From: Mustelus asterias
Lineage: Eukaryota
NCBI RefSeq assembly: GCF_964213995.1
Contig: NC_135816.1
Coordinates: 19,654,001-19,718,000, forward strand
Reading direction: 5' to 3'
DNA: 64,000 nucleotides
Shown here: positions 1 to 11,742 of the stretch, one piece after another
Position numbering within the stretch: position 1 is the stretch's first letter
Layout: each line of letters starts with the position of its first letter
Notes under the pieces: generated by a model
Told to the model about the DNA's origin: nothing
Database searches by the model: none
Seen by the model: the letters and a program-made list of their open reading frames with translations, nothing else
Made by a program: the position numbers and the translations under genes

Positions 1-595
1 AGACTCAAAACACTCGTTGTGTGAAAAAGTTGTTCCTCACGTCACGTTTGCTTCTTTTGCAAATTGAAATTAGTGCCGTCTCATTTTTGATCCTTTTACA
101 AGCAGGAACAGTTTCTCCCCATCTGCTCTGTCTAGCCCCCTCATAATTTTGAACATGTATCAAATCTACTCATAGCCGCCTTCTTTCCAAGGGGAACAAT
201 TTCTGCAATCTATCCTCATAACTGAAGTTTCTCCTATTGTAAATCTCCTCTGCACTTCCTCCAATGTGTTCACATCCTTCCTATAATGTGACACCCAGAA
301 CTGTACACAATTCTCCAGCTGAGGGCTAACTAGTGTCTTGTATAAGTTCAGTATATCTCCTTGCTCTTATACTCTATGCCCCTATTAATTAAAGCTCAGA
401 ATACTATATGCTTTAATTACTTTCCACTGTCCTGCCACCTTCAATTATCTATGCACATATACACCTTGGTCCTCTGCTCCTGCACTACTTTTAGAATTGT
501 ATTCCTTATGTTATAATGGCTGACCATGTTCTACCTATCAAAATGCATCACCTCACAGTTCTCCATACTGAACTTCATCTGCCACCAACACTAAA

Positions 596-716
596 TTCTG
601 CATCCTCTCCTTTCCTTCACCCCTATGTACTTTATGAACGGTATGGTTTGTCTGTATAGCAAGCAAGAAACACTTTTCATTGTATTTCAATACGTGACAA
701 TAATAAATCAAATCAA
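596..716 (+). mobile_element. 3' tail of Rex1/Babar-type LINE
   Basis: It has the same tail (tatgaacggtatg...aataaatcaaatcaaa) as the longer copies at 10375-10765 and 25180-25725. Confidence 0.7.
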
Positions 717-956
717 ACCTATCTGTCCACCCCACCAACTTGTTAACGTGCTTTTGAAGTTCTATACTGTTCTGCTCACAGTTTAAAATGCTTCTAAGTT
801 TGGTGCCATCCGCAAACTTTTAATTTTTTTCCCTGTACACCAAGATCTTCGCAGTCATTCATATTTCTCATGAAAAGCAAAGGTCCCAACACTAACCCCT
901 GGGGAACTTTGCCGAAACCTGCCTCAAGCCTGAAAAATATCCACTGACCATTACTC

Positions 957-1054
957 TGACGAAAGATCATCCTGACTCAAAACGTTGGCTCTATTTTCTC
1001 TCCACAGGTGCTGTCAGACCTGCTGAGATTTTCCAGCATTTTCTGTTTTTGCAT
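957..1054 (+). mobile_element. Short Penelope-like terminal fragment (family B) with a decayed hammerhead motif
   Basis: Flanked by a 12-bp TSD tgaccattactc (945-956 and 1055-1066). Related copies lie at about 28322-28465 and 52340-52455. Confidence 0.6.
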
Positions 1055-1076
1055 TGACCATTACTCCCTGCTTCCA

Positions 1077-1313
1077 GTGAGAAGTCTCACAACACCAGGT
1101 CAAAGTCCAACAGGTTTATTTGGTAGCAAAAGCCACACAAGCTTTCGGAGCGCTGCCCCTTCATCAGGTGAGTGGCAACTCACCTGACAAAGGAGCAGCG
1201 CTCCGAAAGCTAGCAGCTTTTGCTACCAAATAAACCTGTTGGACTTTAACCTGGTGTTGTGAGACTTCTTACTGTGCCCATCCCAGTCCAACGCCGGCAT
1301 CTCCACATCATGA
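1077..1313. mobile_element. Palindromic Penelope-like pseudo-LTR element (family A)
   Basis: Inverted arms of about 95 bp (1077-1172 and about 1178-1272) plus a one-sided extension. Same family as 4723-5146, 17449-18315 and 28763-28917. Confidence 0.75.
1136..1172 (-). ncRNA. Minimal type I hammerhead ribozyme motif, intact core
   Basis: The minus strand reads cucac-CUGAUGA-a-GGGGC-agc-GCUCC-GAAA-GCUU-gug. Confidence 0.65.
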
Positions 1314-1379
1314 CTCCTATTATTCACCCAATTTTATATCCACGTTGCTTTTAACCCTTTTGTCTCTTCATCCCACAAG

Positions 1380-1950
1380 CTGCTAACGGGGGGGTGTTGG
1401 AGAGGCCGCTGCGGCTGACACCGGGCTCCATGTGTACCCCCTCCCCCTCCCCTCCTACCCTCTAATCACAGGGAATGCTCCTCTTGTGTGACCTGGCGAC
1501 ATGTCAATGCAAACTCCCCCACCCACCCCAGCGGCCTGTCACTCAGAGTGAGGAGCGGGGATTCTCACTCACTCCTGGCACAAACCCCCTCATACACAGG
1601 CCTCTATATAACAATGGAGAAGGGCTGTCACAGCAGCCGAGACACAATGCTGGCTGCGGCTCCAGGCGGCCGGCACTCACCGACATGTCGAAGCGTGCGC
1701 CAGATGCCCGGCTCCTCTCTGTCCGCCCGGCGCTGCCGAAAGCGCCTGCGCGGCGGCGGCGGCGTCGCCGAGCGGCATGCCGGGAGGCGTAGTTTGCTCT
1801 CCAGGCTTTAACCCTTCATCAGGCGGCCCGGGTCAAAGGCCGCGCCTACAAATCCCAGAACACCCCGCGGTCCGTCCGTCCCCCTCAACCCTTCCCCCGG
1901 CCCCCCACCACCTTCTCTCCCTTTCCCCTCCCTCCGAGCTCACCGGTAAG
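1380..1950. promoter_or_regulatory. CpG island, probable bidirectional promoter (NUDCD2 and a minus-strand gene)
   Basis: High GC and CpG density against a CpG-poor background. A + strand donor CCG|GTAAG at 1945/1946 could end a non-coding NUDCD2 exon. Confidence 0.7.
1681..1790 (-). other. Putative first exon (3' part) of an unidentified minus-strand gene
   Basis: The minus strand reads ...gcttcgacATGTCG|GTGAGT, a consensus donor at 1680-1675 inside the CpG island. A second ATG lies near 1778. The 5' boundary is unknown. Confidence 0.45.
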
Positions 1951-3535
1951 AAGTCCTCATCTGGACAAAAACCATTTCAGTCAGTTCGAGTAGTTACTGT
2001 TTACTGGTTGACGATCACTCTCTTTATCACAGCTTTCTGTACGAGGGAGTGTTCTGAGAGGGAGGTTTTGTGACAGTGTCGTAAAGCCACTCACTCCTGG
2101 CCAGCCATCACAATGCCTGGATCCAAGTTGGGGAGAGAGAGTCTGACACTTGGACTGAGAGATTATTTCATGAGGAGAAGTTGTGAATTGATTTATTAAT
2201 CAGAGAAGAACTTGGAGATGGTACATGTGACAAGATTTTGAAGTCCACCAGATTAATATTGAATAATGCTAATTAATTAACATTACTACAGGTAAACACT
2301 GCTTGAATCCCACATCGTGAATTCAGGTCCAGCAGAATTGTCTCAGGGACTAATTTCAATTTTCTAGGTTGGCCAGAGAGGAATTTAACTGATTCTACCC
2401 TCCTTGCAGCCTCACTTTGGCCAGTGTTCTTAACTTTTTTTTTGCCTTCCATTTGTTTTTTGAGTGGGGTGGTGATATGATAAAGAAGGGGCAGGGATGT
2501 CAGCTGGAGACTTGTTGGGTGGAAAAATTAGCATCCGGAGTTAATGTGTTGGTTTCATGTCGCCATTCCTCCCACCAGCAATTTCCCTCTTGACAGGAGA
2601 AGGTGGGACTTGACAACCTACCAATTTTGGGAACGAGGCCAATTAATCTTGACAGCGAGCTCACTGTCCGTTCTTGAATTTGTTGAGGCTGCACAAATTG
2701 CCTGCCGGATCAAGGACTGATCAGGTGCCTGTAGGTGGCAACACAGTAGAGTGGCAGTCATGACTGTATCATCAACTTAGGTAGGCTTTGAATAGATAGC
2801 TGCTCGATGGCTGGTACAGACATGATGGGCCGAAGGGCCTCTTTCCATGCTGTAAATCTCTGATCTACAAAAGGGAGCACTGCTGAAAGGGCCACTCAGC
2901 CATTGGTACACAGGTGCCATCAGTTGTCTGGAGGTTGCAGGGAGAGTGGTTTGTATGCATTTGGTCAGTGACCCCTGTAGCATAATGGGGACAAAAGAGG
3001 AAGGATCTCAGACGTCATTAGGAGTGCTGCTGAGTGGAAGTAAGGCAATAGCTGGTAATGGGTGCACAATTCTCAGAATGATGGGTCCGGTGGTGATGAG
3101 CAGCAGCAGAGCTAAAGATCATAGGATCCTTACAGTATAGAAGGAGGCCAGTCAGCCTATCGAGTCTGCATGGACAACAATCCCACCTAGGCCCATCCCC
3201 GTAACCCCACTCACTCACCCCACTAATCCCCCTAACACCAAGGGGCAATTTTTGAAGCTAATAAATACTAACAGAATGATTGTACAGTATAACAAAATCA
3301 TGTTCGACATGATTTTAATCCCTAGCTAAAAATTGGTAAAGGAATGATCCAAATGTTATAAATGTGTTTAATGTTGAATATATCCAGACAGAGTTGTTCT
3401 AAAGTTTGACACATTTTGTTTTTAAAGTTATGTAACTGCTGTATGTAGTTTCTGTATAATTTTATATTGATATTACCAGATCTTTTAGCATTTGTCATAA
3501 TGCCACATTTTAAACCTGTTTTTACTTTTCAAGTC

Positions 3536-3724
3536 ATGTCAGTTCATTTTGATGAAAGAAGTGGTACCGTGCGCTGCAAGACCCCATGGGGAGAATGGTA
3601 TCAGACCATGGAAGAAGTTTTCATTGATGTCCAGGTTCCAGTTGGAACATCTGCAAAAGAAATCAAATGTAGTTTGGGGAGTAAAGATGTAGCGTTGTTC
3701 GTCAAGGGGAAAGAGATACTGAAG
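3536..3724 (+). CDS. NUDCD2: NudC domain-containing protein 2, coding exon 1
   Basis: Encodes MSVHFDERSGTVRCKTPWGEWYQTMEEVFIDVQVP...KEILK. AG acceptor at 3532-3533 and GT donor at 3725; 189 nt. Confidence 0.95.
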
Positions 3725-3755
3725 GTAAACAGATCCCTTATCTCTCCTTATACTT

Positions 3756-4055
3756 AAATTTTAATAATGTCACAAGTAGGCTTACATTAACACTGCAATG
3801 AAGTTGCTGTGAAAATCCTCTAGTCCCAACACTCCGGCACTTGCTCGGGTACACTGAGGGAGAATTTAGCATGACCAATGCACTTGACCAGTATGTATTT
3901 CGGACTGTGGGAGGAAACTGGAGTACCCGGAGGAAACCAACGGAGACAAGGGGAGAATGTGCAGACTGTGCACAGACAGTGAGCCAACCCGGGAATTGAA
4001 CCAAGAGCCCTGGCACTGTGAGGCAGCAGTGCTAACCACTGTGCCACCGTGTCGC
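3756..4055 (-). mobile_element. tRNA-derived V-SINE (HE1-like head, alternative tail)
   Basis: A and B box head and the conserved ggtttcctccgggt core on the minus strand. Confidence 0.85.
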
Positions 4056-4722
4056 TTTTTTTGGTTTGAAAATCTAACCTAGTTGATGCATTTCATTTTT
4101 AAATGAACACATTTGTGTCAGTTTAAATCGGTTTGTTACCTCACTTTTCGAATAATAGGTCTGACATAATTTCTCCCTACTCTTAATATGGAGATAAGAT
4201 GTATATGTGAGGTGATATGTAAGGCTTTAAATTGACGACCTGATATTTAAACAGGATAACAAAATCTAAATTCTAAAAAAATGAAACATTTTTCTCTGCA
4301 GATTCTGGCATGCATGCTTTGTATTTCCAAACATATGTTGTTACCTTAAAATACTAATTTTTTTCCCAACTCTCACCTCATTTTGGGAAGCATCAATTGT
4401 TCACAAAAATTTTCATTTTAACTCTAGCAATGATCCTGAGCTCTGTTCTGTTTTAGACTTGGTAAAAGATGGTAACCACACAGGCTAAATATTGAGTATG
4501 ATTCCTTATATGATTAGACTTTGGGCGGCATGGTGGCACGGTGGTTAGCATTGGTGCCTCACAGCACCAGGGACCAGAGTTCAATTCCAGCCTCGGGTGA
4601 CTGTCTGTACAGAGTTTGCACATTCTTCCCATGCCTGCGTTTCCTCCGGGTGCTCCGTTTTCCTCCCACAGTCCAAAGATGTGCAGGTGAGCTTGATTGG
4701 ACATTCTGAGTTGCCCCTTAGT

Positions 4723-5146
4723 AAGAAGTTTAACAACACCAGGTTAAAGTCCAACAGGTTTATTTGGTAGCAAAAGCCACACAAGCTTTCGAGGCTCTGA
4801 GCCCCTTCTTCAGGTGAGTGGGAATTCTGTTCACAAACAGAACTTAGAAGACACAGACTCAATTTACATGAATAATGGTTGGAATGCGAATAGTTACAAC
4901 TAATCCAGTCTTTAAGAAACAAAACAATGGGAGTGGAGAGAGCATCAAGACAGGCTAAAAAGATGTGTATTGTCTCCAGACAAGACAGCCAGTGAAACTC
5001 TGCAGGTCCACGCAACTGTGGGAGTTACAAATAGTGTGACATAAATTCTGATTCTAGGATCGCATGATAAAGACTCAGGAGGAAAAAAGCAGAAATATTT
5101 ATGTGAAATAGTGTGACATAAACCCAATATCCCGGTTGAGGCATCA
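4723..5146 (-). mobile_element. Penelope-like element 3' fragment (family A)
   Basis: 12-bp TSD ttgccccttagt (4711-4722 and 5147-5158). Homologous to the arm of the 17449-18315 element. Confidence 0.8.
4780..4818 (-). ncRNA. Minimal hammerhead ribozyme motif, intact core
   Basis: The minus strand reads cucac-CUGAAGA-a-GGGGC-ucaga-GCCUC-GAAA-GCUU-gug. Confidence 0.65.
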
Positions 5147-5683
5147 TTGCCCCTTAGTGTCAGGGGATTAGCAGGATAACTACATGGGGATACGGGGATA
5201 GGGCCTGTTTGGGATGGTTGTCAGTGCAGGCTCGATGGGCAGAATGGCCTCCTTCTGCACTGTAGGGATTCTACGATTCTTTGATGTATAGAAAAACCGA
5301 GTAATCCTTTAAAGTATATGTTGGAATAAGTACAGAATGTGGATTGTTATGGTGCTTGCATCTAAACTATAGAGTGCTATTCTATGTGCATATAAAGGAA
5401 AAAATGGCAATCACAAAGTGTTTCATGTTCTCCTGAACATCTCCAAATGTTTCATAACTGGTTGTAAAGTGTTACCACTGATAGCACCTCTGTCAATGCA
5501 ACAAATCTGAATACTGCATTGAAATGGTGGATTATGTGTTAAAGTCCCAGACTAGGACTTGAACTGCTGTCATCGAGTTAAAATTACACTAGATGTAAAA
5601 TTAAAAATAAAGAAATTCTAGTAAATTAAATAATTTTGTGCGGCACGCTGGATTGTCAGAGGTGAATCCCATTTGATTTTCAG

Positions 5684-5732
5684 GGCAAACTCTATGATTC
5701 TACCGTCTCTGATGAAGGAACCTGGACACTAG
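5684..5732 (+). CDS. NUDCD2: NUDCD2 coding exon 2
   Basis: tttcag|GKLYDSTVSDEGTWTL+g|gtaggg; 49 nt, phase consistent with its neighbours. Confidence 0.95.
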
Positions 5733-5948
5733 GTAGGGAACAATCTTAAGATGTTACCTTCACAAGTAGTGAGCTTTTCTTTATGCCTTTTTCTGTTTTT
5801 GGCGTTTCAGTATGAGAACTGGGGGTACCCCTCCAGTCTGTCTTTAGGCAAAATATTTTTTGAAGGACAAAAGAAATAAGGGAATTTTAAAAATATAATT
5901 TTCAACTATTATTTTCTTCCATCTCCAAAAAAATGTGTTTTCTGACAG

Positions 5949-6100
5949 AGGATAAGAAACAGGTGTGTATTATTCTGAGGAAAAGCAACCGAGAAGCTGG
6001 GAATTGCTGGCCTTCGTTGCTGGAAGGACAGTATAATGCTGATCCCTTGCTGAAAGATGAAATGCAGAAGAAACTTACACTAGAAAGATTCCAAAGGGAG
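5949..6100 (+). CDS. NUDCD2: NUDCD2 coding exon 3
   Basis: EDKKQVCIILRKSNREAGNCWPSLLEGQY...KKLTLERFQRE|gtaagt; 152 nt. Confidence 0.95.
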
Positions 6101-6435
6101 GTAAGTAGTGGTACATGTTGTATATTTGTATCTTGAATATATGCAAAGATGACTCTAGTTTCTATGATTGCAACATGCTATGTTCACAGTGCTTAGAAAT
6201 ATCTATCTCACACCTCTAGGTTTAGCTTCCAGCTATTTTACAGTTTTGCAGAGGTGGACTTAGACTTTTAGGGGCTTCGCACTCTGCCTCTGTGTTGGGC
6301 TTCCACATGTTGTCACTGCACCCCTTCCCGCTGGTGACATATCGCTCCAAACCCAATGGCATGAAACCCGCTCACCAGTGATGACAAGCCCTGCCTGAAA
6401 TGACATCAAGCTTTTTTCACTCCCTCTGCTTAAGT

Positions 6436-6778
6436 GCGGCACGGTAGCACAGTGGTTAGCGCTGCTGCTTCACAGCTCGAGGGACCTGGGTTCGATTCCC
6501 GGCTTGGGTCACTGTCTGTGTGGAGATTGCACATTCTCCTCGTGTCTGCGTGGGTTTCCTCCGGGTGCTCCGGTTTCTCCCACAGTCCAAAGATGTGCGG
6601 GTTAGGTTGATTGGCCATGCTAAAAATTGCCCTTAGTATTGTGAGATTCGTAGGTTAGAGGGATTTGTGGGTAAATATGTAGGGATATGGGGGTAGGGCC
6701 TGGGTGGGATTGTGGTCGGCACAGACTCAATGGGCCGAATGGCCTCTTTCTGTACAGTATGGTTTCTATGATTTCTAT
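6436..6778 (+). mobile_element. Full-length HE1-like SINE
   Basis: tRNA-like head, V-core, and a CR1-like tail ending tttctatgatttctat. Confidence 0.9.
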
Positions 6779-6967
6779 GAAGCCCCACCCCCAAATGACA
6801 TAATTGTCCTGACCACGCCTACTTTCAGCCCACACCATGTCAGCCAAAAAATACAGACAGGTACACGCATCGCTGCTTCAATGGTTTTTAACTTCTGAAA
6901 ACAAACCTGCAATTGATGAGTTCAAATCTATAATGCAAGCCACAGGAACCCAAAAAAGTACAAGTAT

Positions 6968-7258
6968 GGGCGGCACGGTGGCACAGAGGTTAGCACTGCT
7001 GCCTCACAGCACCAGGGACACGGGTTCAATTCCTGGCCTGAGTCACTGTCTGTGTGGAGTCTGCGCACTCTCCTCATGTTTGCATGGGTTTCCTCCGGGT
7101 GCTCCGGTTTCCTCCCACAGTCCGAAAGACGTGCTGGTTAGGTGCATTGGCCTTGCTAAATTCTCCCTCAGTGTACCCGAACAGGCGCCGGAGTGTGGTG
7201 ACCAGGGGATTTTCACAGTAACTTCATTGCAGTTAATGACTCGAATAAATAAACTTTA
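6968..7258 (+). mobile_element. V-SINE, alternative tail (ends aataaataaacttt)
   Basis: Same head and core as HE1 with a different 3' tail. Confidence 0.85.
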
Positions 7259-7997
7259 AACTTACAAAGCACTGGAGCAGTGAGCAGTGTAACTTATGAA
7301 AATAAGCCTGTAACTGATGAATTCAAATTCAAATCCACAATGCAAGCTGCAAAAATAATGCACAAATGACAAAGCGAGAGTAGCTCTTGGGCCCCGAGGC
7401 TCCACACATGCAGCAAAGCCTGGGCCCCGCAAAAGGCTCAGACTGGGCTCGGCTGGGTAGAAATCATTGATCTGCCCTAGTTGGCTCCGGAAAGCGGTGA
7501 ATTAGCAGCACGGACAGGCCAGGATCGCACAGCAGAAGCCCCACCCTAAGCGGTCTCCACCAGTCAGAACCCATTATTACACTGCACTGGTTGCTGCTGA
7601 GCCTATCAGCAAATTCAGAGCTCTCTGGCTCTAATTTGTGCCGCAAAGCCACCAGCCAGCATTCGCTCTCCACCACAGGAGCCCTGTGCCTGAGCAGGAT
7701 GTGTTTCATTGTAAGCCTGCCTCTGCTTCTTTGTTTACTCTGAGTCCACACCCAGGCTTAATCAATCAAGTACAGTGAAAGTCAATAGTAAACAGACTCA
7801 CATAATCAAACACAGAAGAATTGAATGCTTCAGTACCTTTTAAAATAAAGCTCTTTGGTTGGGTAATCATCACATTACAACTGCATCTGTTCCATTGTTT
7901 AGGATTTGAAGGCAATCTGATGAGAAGAAGATGTAAAGCAGTAAGTTAATAACAGAAGATACTAACTACAAAAGTTTCTGATGGCCAAAGAGTTAAA

Positions 7998-8595
7998 CTT
8001 AGAGTCATAGAGGTTTGCAGCATGAAAACAGGCCCTTCGGCCCAACTTGTCCATGCTGCCATTTTTTTTTTAAAAACCCCTAAGCTAATCCCAATTGCCC
8101 GCATTTGGCCCGTATCCCTCTATACCCATCATACCCATGTAACTATCTAAATGCTTTTTAAAAGACAAAATTGTACCCGCCTCTACTACGACCTCTGGCA
8201 GCTTGTTCAAGACACACACCACCCTCTGTGTGAAAGAATTGCCCCTTTGGACACTTTTATATCTCTCCCCTCTCACCTTAAACCTATGCCCTCTAGTTTT
8301 AGACTCCCCTACCTTTGGGAAAAGATATTGACTATCTAGCTGATCTGTGCCCCTCATTATTTTATAGACCTCTATAAGATCATCCCTCAGCCTCCTCTGC
8401 TCCAGAGAAAAAAGTCCCAGTCTATCCAGCCTCTCCTTATAACTCAATCCATCAAGTCCCGGTAGCATCCTAGTAAATCTTTTCTGCACTCTTTCTAGTT
8501 TAATAATATCCTTTCTATAATAGGGTGACCAGAATTGCACACAGTATTCCAAGTGTGGCCTTACCAATGTCTTGTACAACTTCAACAAGACATTC
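7998..8595 (-). mobile_element. CR1 LINE 3' fragment
   Basis: ORF 8085-8588 reads LYKTLVRPHLEYCVQFWSP...RTRGH-like, followed by the 3' UTR tail. Confidence 0.9.
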
Positions 8596-9532
8596 CAACT
8601 TGCCTCAGAAAATAGTTGGGAATGTCAGCAGCTTAATAATTAGACAAACTGTTTTTGCAATTTTAAAATTTCACTTATTACACCCATTGTTTTCTGTCAA
8701 TATGTCCTAATCCATGGAGCATGATTTCACTTTGTCAATTCTTCTGGAAGTGCACTAAAACGTGGAAATTATCCTTTATTTTTTGGGAGTAGGTTGCAAT
8801 ACTAAGAATTGACAGTATTAAAACTTTAAGTTGCCTGAGTGGCTGTGGTCAATAGCCTACTAACAGTGACAACACTCAAAGTGAAGAATGGCCAAGAATG
8901 ACTGAAATACCACAGGCGGCGTTCCCACTTTACCTGCTTTATCCTCTTCTATGTATTAGCTTATGTTCTGCATTATTCTCTCAGTAAATTGACAGTGCTA
9001 TGGTGAGGAGGAAATGTTGGCAAGATGGAACTTGCTATTGTTGGGGAGCAGAATTACTCTGAAGGCAAAGATGTCAAAATTGATCACTTGACTGCCCCTT
9101 CCAGTCAGGTAGTGAGACATTGAGTGGGAAGGTGTGAGGCAGACGTGTGCCTCACATCCTGCGGATATGGTATTTCAGAAACATGAAGGGGATAACTTTG
9201 AGACACAAAATATACTTTGTGGAACTGGAATCTTTGATAATGAGGATGAGGCTTAAAGCAACAATATAGCAAGGCAAATAATGAAAGAGGTCACAAAGCT
9301 GAAATTTTGCTTCACTTTGCAACTCCTGGTATCCGACCCCCAACCGGCCCTTCTTCAACTGGGAAACCTTTTAATTCCTTCTATGAATTGGAAACTTACA
9401 TCATTGTCATTGTGACAAAGAGAGATGTCTCTGGAGGTCATATTGGAAACCGTGAAGATTATTCTTGTTTGAAAATCATAAGCATTTAGAAACTTAAACA
9501 CTGTAATGGGCTTTGACTTTCTTCCTATGCAG

Positions 9533-9616
9533 CATCCTGGCTTTGACTTCAGTGGGGCTGACATTTCTGGAAACTATGCTGGTGGAGGTCCAGATTTCTC
9601 AAATTTGGGAAAGTGA
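9533..9616 (+). CDS. NUDCD2: NUDCD2 coding exon 4 (last)
   Basis: tgcag|HPGFDFSGADISGNYAGGGPDFSNLGK*. Total CDS 474 nt = 157 aa. AATAAA at 10210-10215. Confidence 0.95.
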   Translation, partial: HPGFDFSGADISGNYAGGGPDFSNLGK

Positions 9617-10374
9617 AGAAGATTCAGTGACTGAGTTGCTCCTACAGGGTATTACTGGAGTTTGAGAAGAATAGTGCCGAAGACAAGTTGTTGAAGTGAG
9701 TGAAGAACTTAATGACCTGCTGGCAAAATAAGAGCAAGTTCATGAAGCACCCCGTTATTGGTAACCCAGGAATTTGTGTTGAGGAAGAAATATGCCACGA
9801 GTTTTGAACTGCTACAAATTGCTGGACAATTTGAAATGCACCACCTTGCAATCAAACTTGCCATTTCGGGTTAGAGCAGCTGTTTCATGTTGTAAGACCC
9901 CTGTTAAATGGATGATTAATAGTCCTGACATGCCTCTCAACCCCGGAAACTCAAAGATAACAACACTGGAGTCTTACTCTGATGAGTATTAAATTGTCCT
10001 AAGTGGCTTGTGAAATTATTTTTTTGAAGTCTTTTGTTTCTCATTTGTCTCTTTCCTTTCTCCCAATCCAATTGTTATTTCCATTTTTCCCTTCCTGCAT
10101 CTAACTCAAATATCCTTCTCCGTCATTCACTGTTTCTCTCGCCTCTGAATTAGGACAGAATGAACCAGATCTAGCAAAAACACTCCAATTTATAAAGAGG
10201 CGCATACAAAATAAAAATTGATCTTTAAAAAAAATTAAAGAAAGGTAATTCAATTCAGAATATCATCTGCAGTCTCAATAATGCAGTCATCGCAGTGCTC
10301 ACTGATCAGGGAAGGACTGACGTGTACTGGTGGAAACTGTATTCTTCTTCTCCAGGGACATCCAGGTGCAGAAG

Positions 10375-10765
10375 ATTTGATTTATTATTGTCACATGTAT
10401 TAGTATACAGTGAAAAGTATAGTTTCTTGCATGCTATACAGAAAGCATACCATTCATAGAGAAGGAAACGAGAGAGTGCAGAATATAGCGTTACAATCAT
10501 AGCTAGGGTGTAGAGAAAGATCAACTTAATGCGAGGTGAGTCCATTCAAAAGTCTGACAGCAGCAGGGAAGAAGCTGTTCTTGACTCGGTCGGTACGTGA
10601 CCTCAGACTTTTGTATCTTTTTCCCGACGTAAGAAGGTGGAAGAGAGTATGTCCGGGGTGCACGGGGTCAATTATGCTTTTCTGAGACAGTGGGAGTGTA
10701 GACAAAGTCAATGGATGGGAGGCTGGTTTGCGTAATGGATTGGGCCACATTCACGACCTTTTGTA
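10375..10765 (-). mobile_element. Rex1/Babar-type LINE 3' fragment
   Basis: Encodes HPGHTLFHLLTSGKRYKSLRSRTDRVKNSFFPAAVRLLN, followed by the tail. Confidence 0.8.
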
Positions 10766-11566
10766 AGTTATGGGAGACAGGCAGATAGGTAAAATTATCC
10801 CCTCACCCCCACCCCCCGTCACCCCACTTTGTTTACTGACCCTGTGAGGAGATGCGCTCTTGGTCATGTCGTTTACCACAGTGCTGACACTAAAAGAATT
10901 GGAGACGAAGGTTGTGAAAAATGCAACTCATGCTGCTCGCCCCAAGATGCCTGTGGCCAGCCATAGCTAGGTGAGCTTTAAAATGAATTTTACTACTTCA
11001 ACAATAAAATTCTGCACAAGTTGGTTACTTGGTTATGATTCTTATAGTTTAGAAGCACACGGCAGAATTAAAAGCGAGACCTTCTTGAAATCTTGCAGCA
11101 ATAATTTGATTTGTTCTGATTTAGATTGAACTGAACAATTGCCTGAAAGTTCTGAAATCACACCTGGAAATGCTCGGGTCAGGCAGCAGCTGCCGAGAGA
11201 AATTTAGTTAACATTTCCTGGTCAAACGTTAACCCTGTTTCTCTCCAGCTGCTGAGCACTTCCAGCGATTTCTTGTTTTCAGGGTTCCACATCTGCAGTA
11301 CCTCTGTGCTTGAAAAGTCTGACCCTTACCGACTACATAAGAGGAATTCACCAAATATATCGTTTAACTTGTAAGATAATTGTAAATAAAAAATTATGGT
11401 TCAGAAAAAAATTGCATCAGGCATTAGAATAGAACAGAATAGAACCACCTAATAGGTTTGGCAGCAATGCAATGCAGGGTTGGGGCTCTGACATCAAGGC
11501 CCCAGGTCCAAAACTAAAATCCTGTCTGTCAATTCTATTTCTCTCTCCACAGATGCTGCCTGACTT

Positions 11567-11742
11567 TGAGTGGAACCCTGATTTTACGCGCCCCAATTTA
11601 GCACGAAATCGGATATGACGCGATGAATCATTGGACCCTTTTTTTTGCTCTTTCCGGTTTAGTGATTTAGCACGACCCCGATAACATTCACGATAACATT
11701 TTATGGACCCCAACCATTGCGTTACAACGGGGCTGCACTCTA
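11567..11742. mobile_element. Possible old pogo/Tigger-like MITE
   Basis: Imperfect terminal inverted repeats (gagtggaaccctgattttacgc vs reverse complement gagtgcagccccgttgtaacgc). Internal repeats atttagcacga x2 and cgataacatt x2. Confidence 0.4.

Larger units (their letters stand above)
1..1350 (-). mobile_element. Degraded CR1 LINE 3' RT fragment, interrupted by three younger insertions
   Basis: The reverse strand gives remnants of the CR1 motifs FADDT (near 805-815), (E)YCVQFW (near 290-312) and the FFTQRV 3' end. It is similar to the other CR1 copies in the window. Confidence 0.7.
4523..5280 (+). mobile_element. HE1-like SINE split by a Penelope insertion
   Basis: SINE head and core at 4523-4722. 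The tail resumes after 5146 and ends in gattctacgattct. Confidence 0.85.

Noticed and set aside
1475-2073. Overlapping + strand ORFs of about 100 aa
   Set aside because: They arise from a stop-poor GC-rich island and have no recognisable domain.
3738-4709. Recurring ORFs of the type MAQWLALLPHSARD...CLCGVCTFSPCL
   Set aside because: They are translations of SINE copies, not a protein family.
6436-6510. tRNA-like sequence with A and B boxes (many copies)
   Set aside because: These are SINE heads that run into the SINE core, not tRNA genes.
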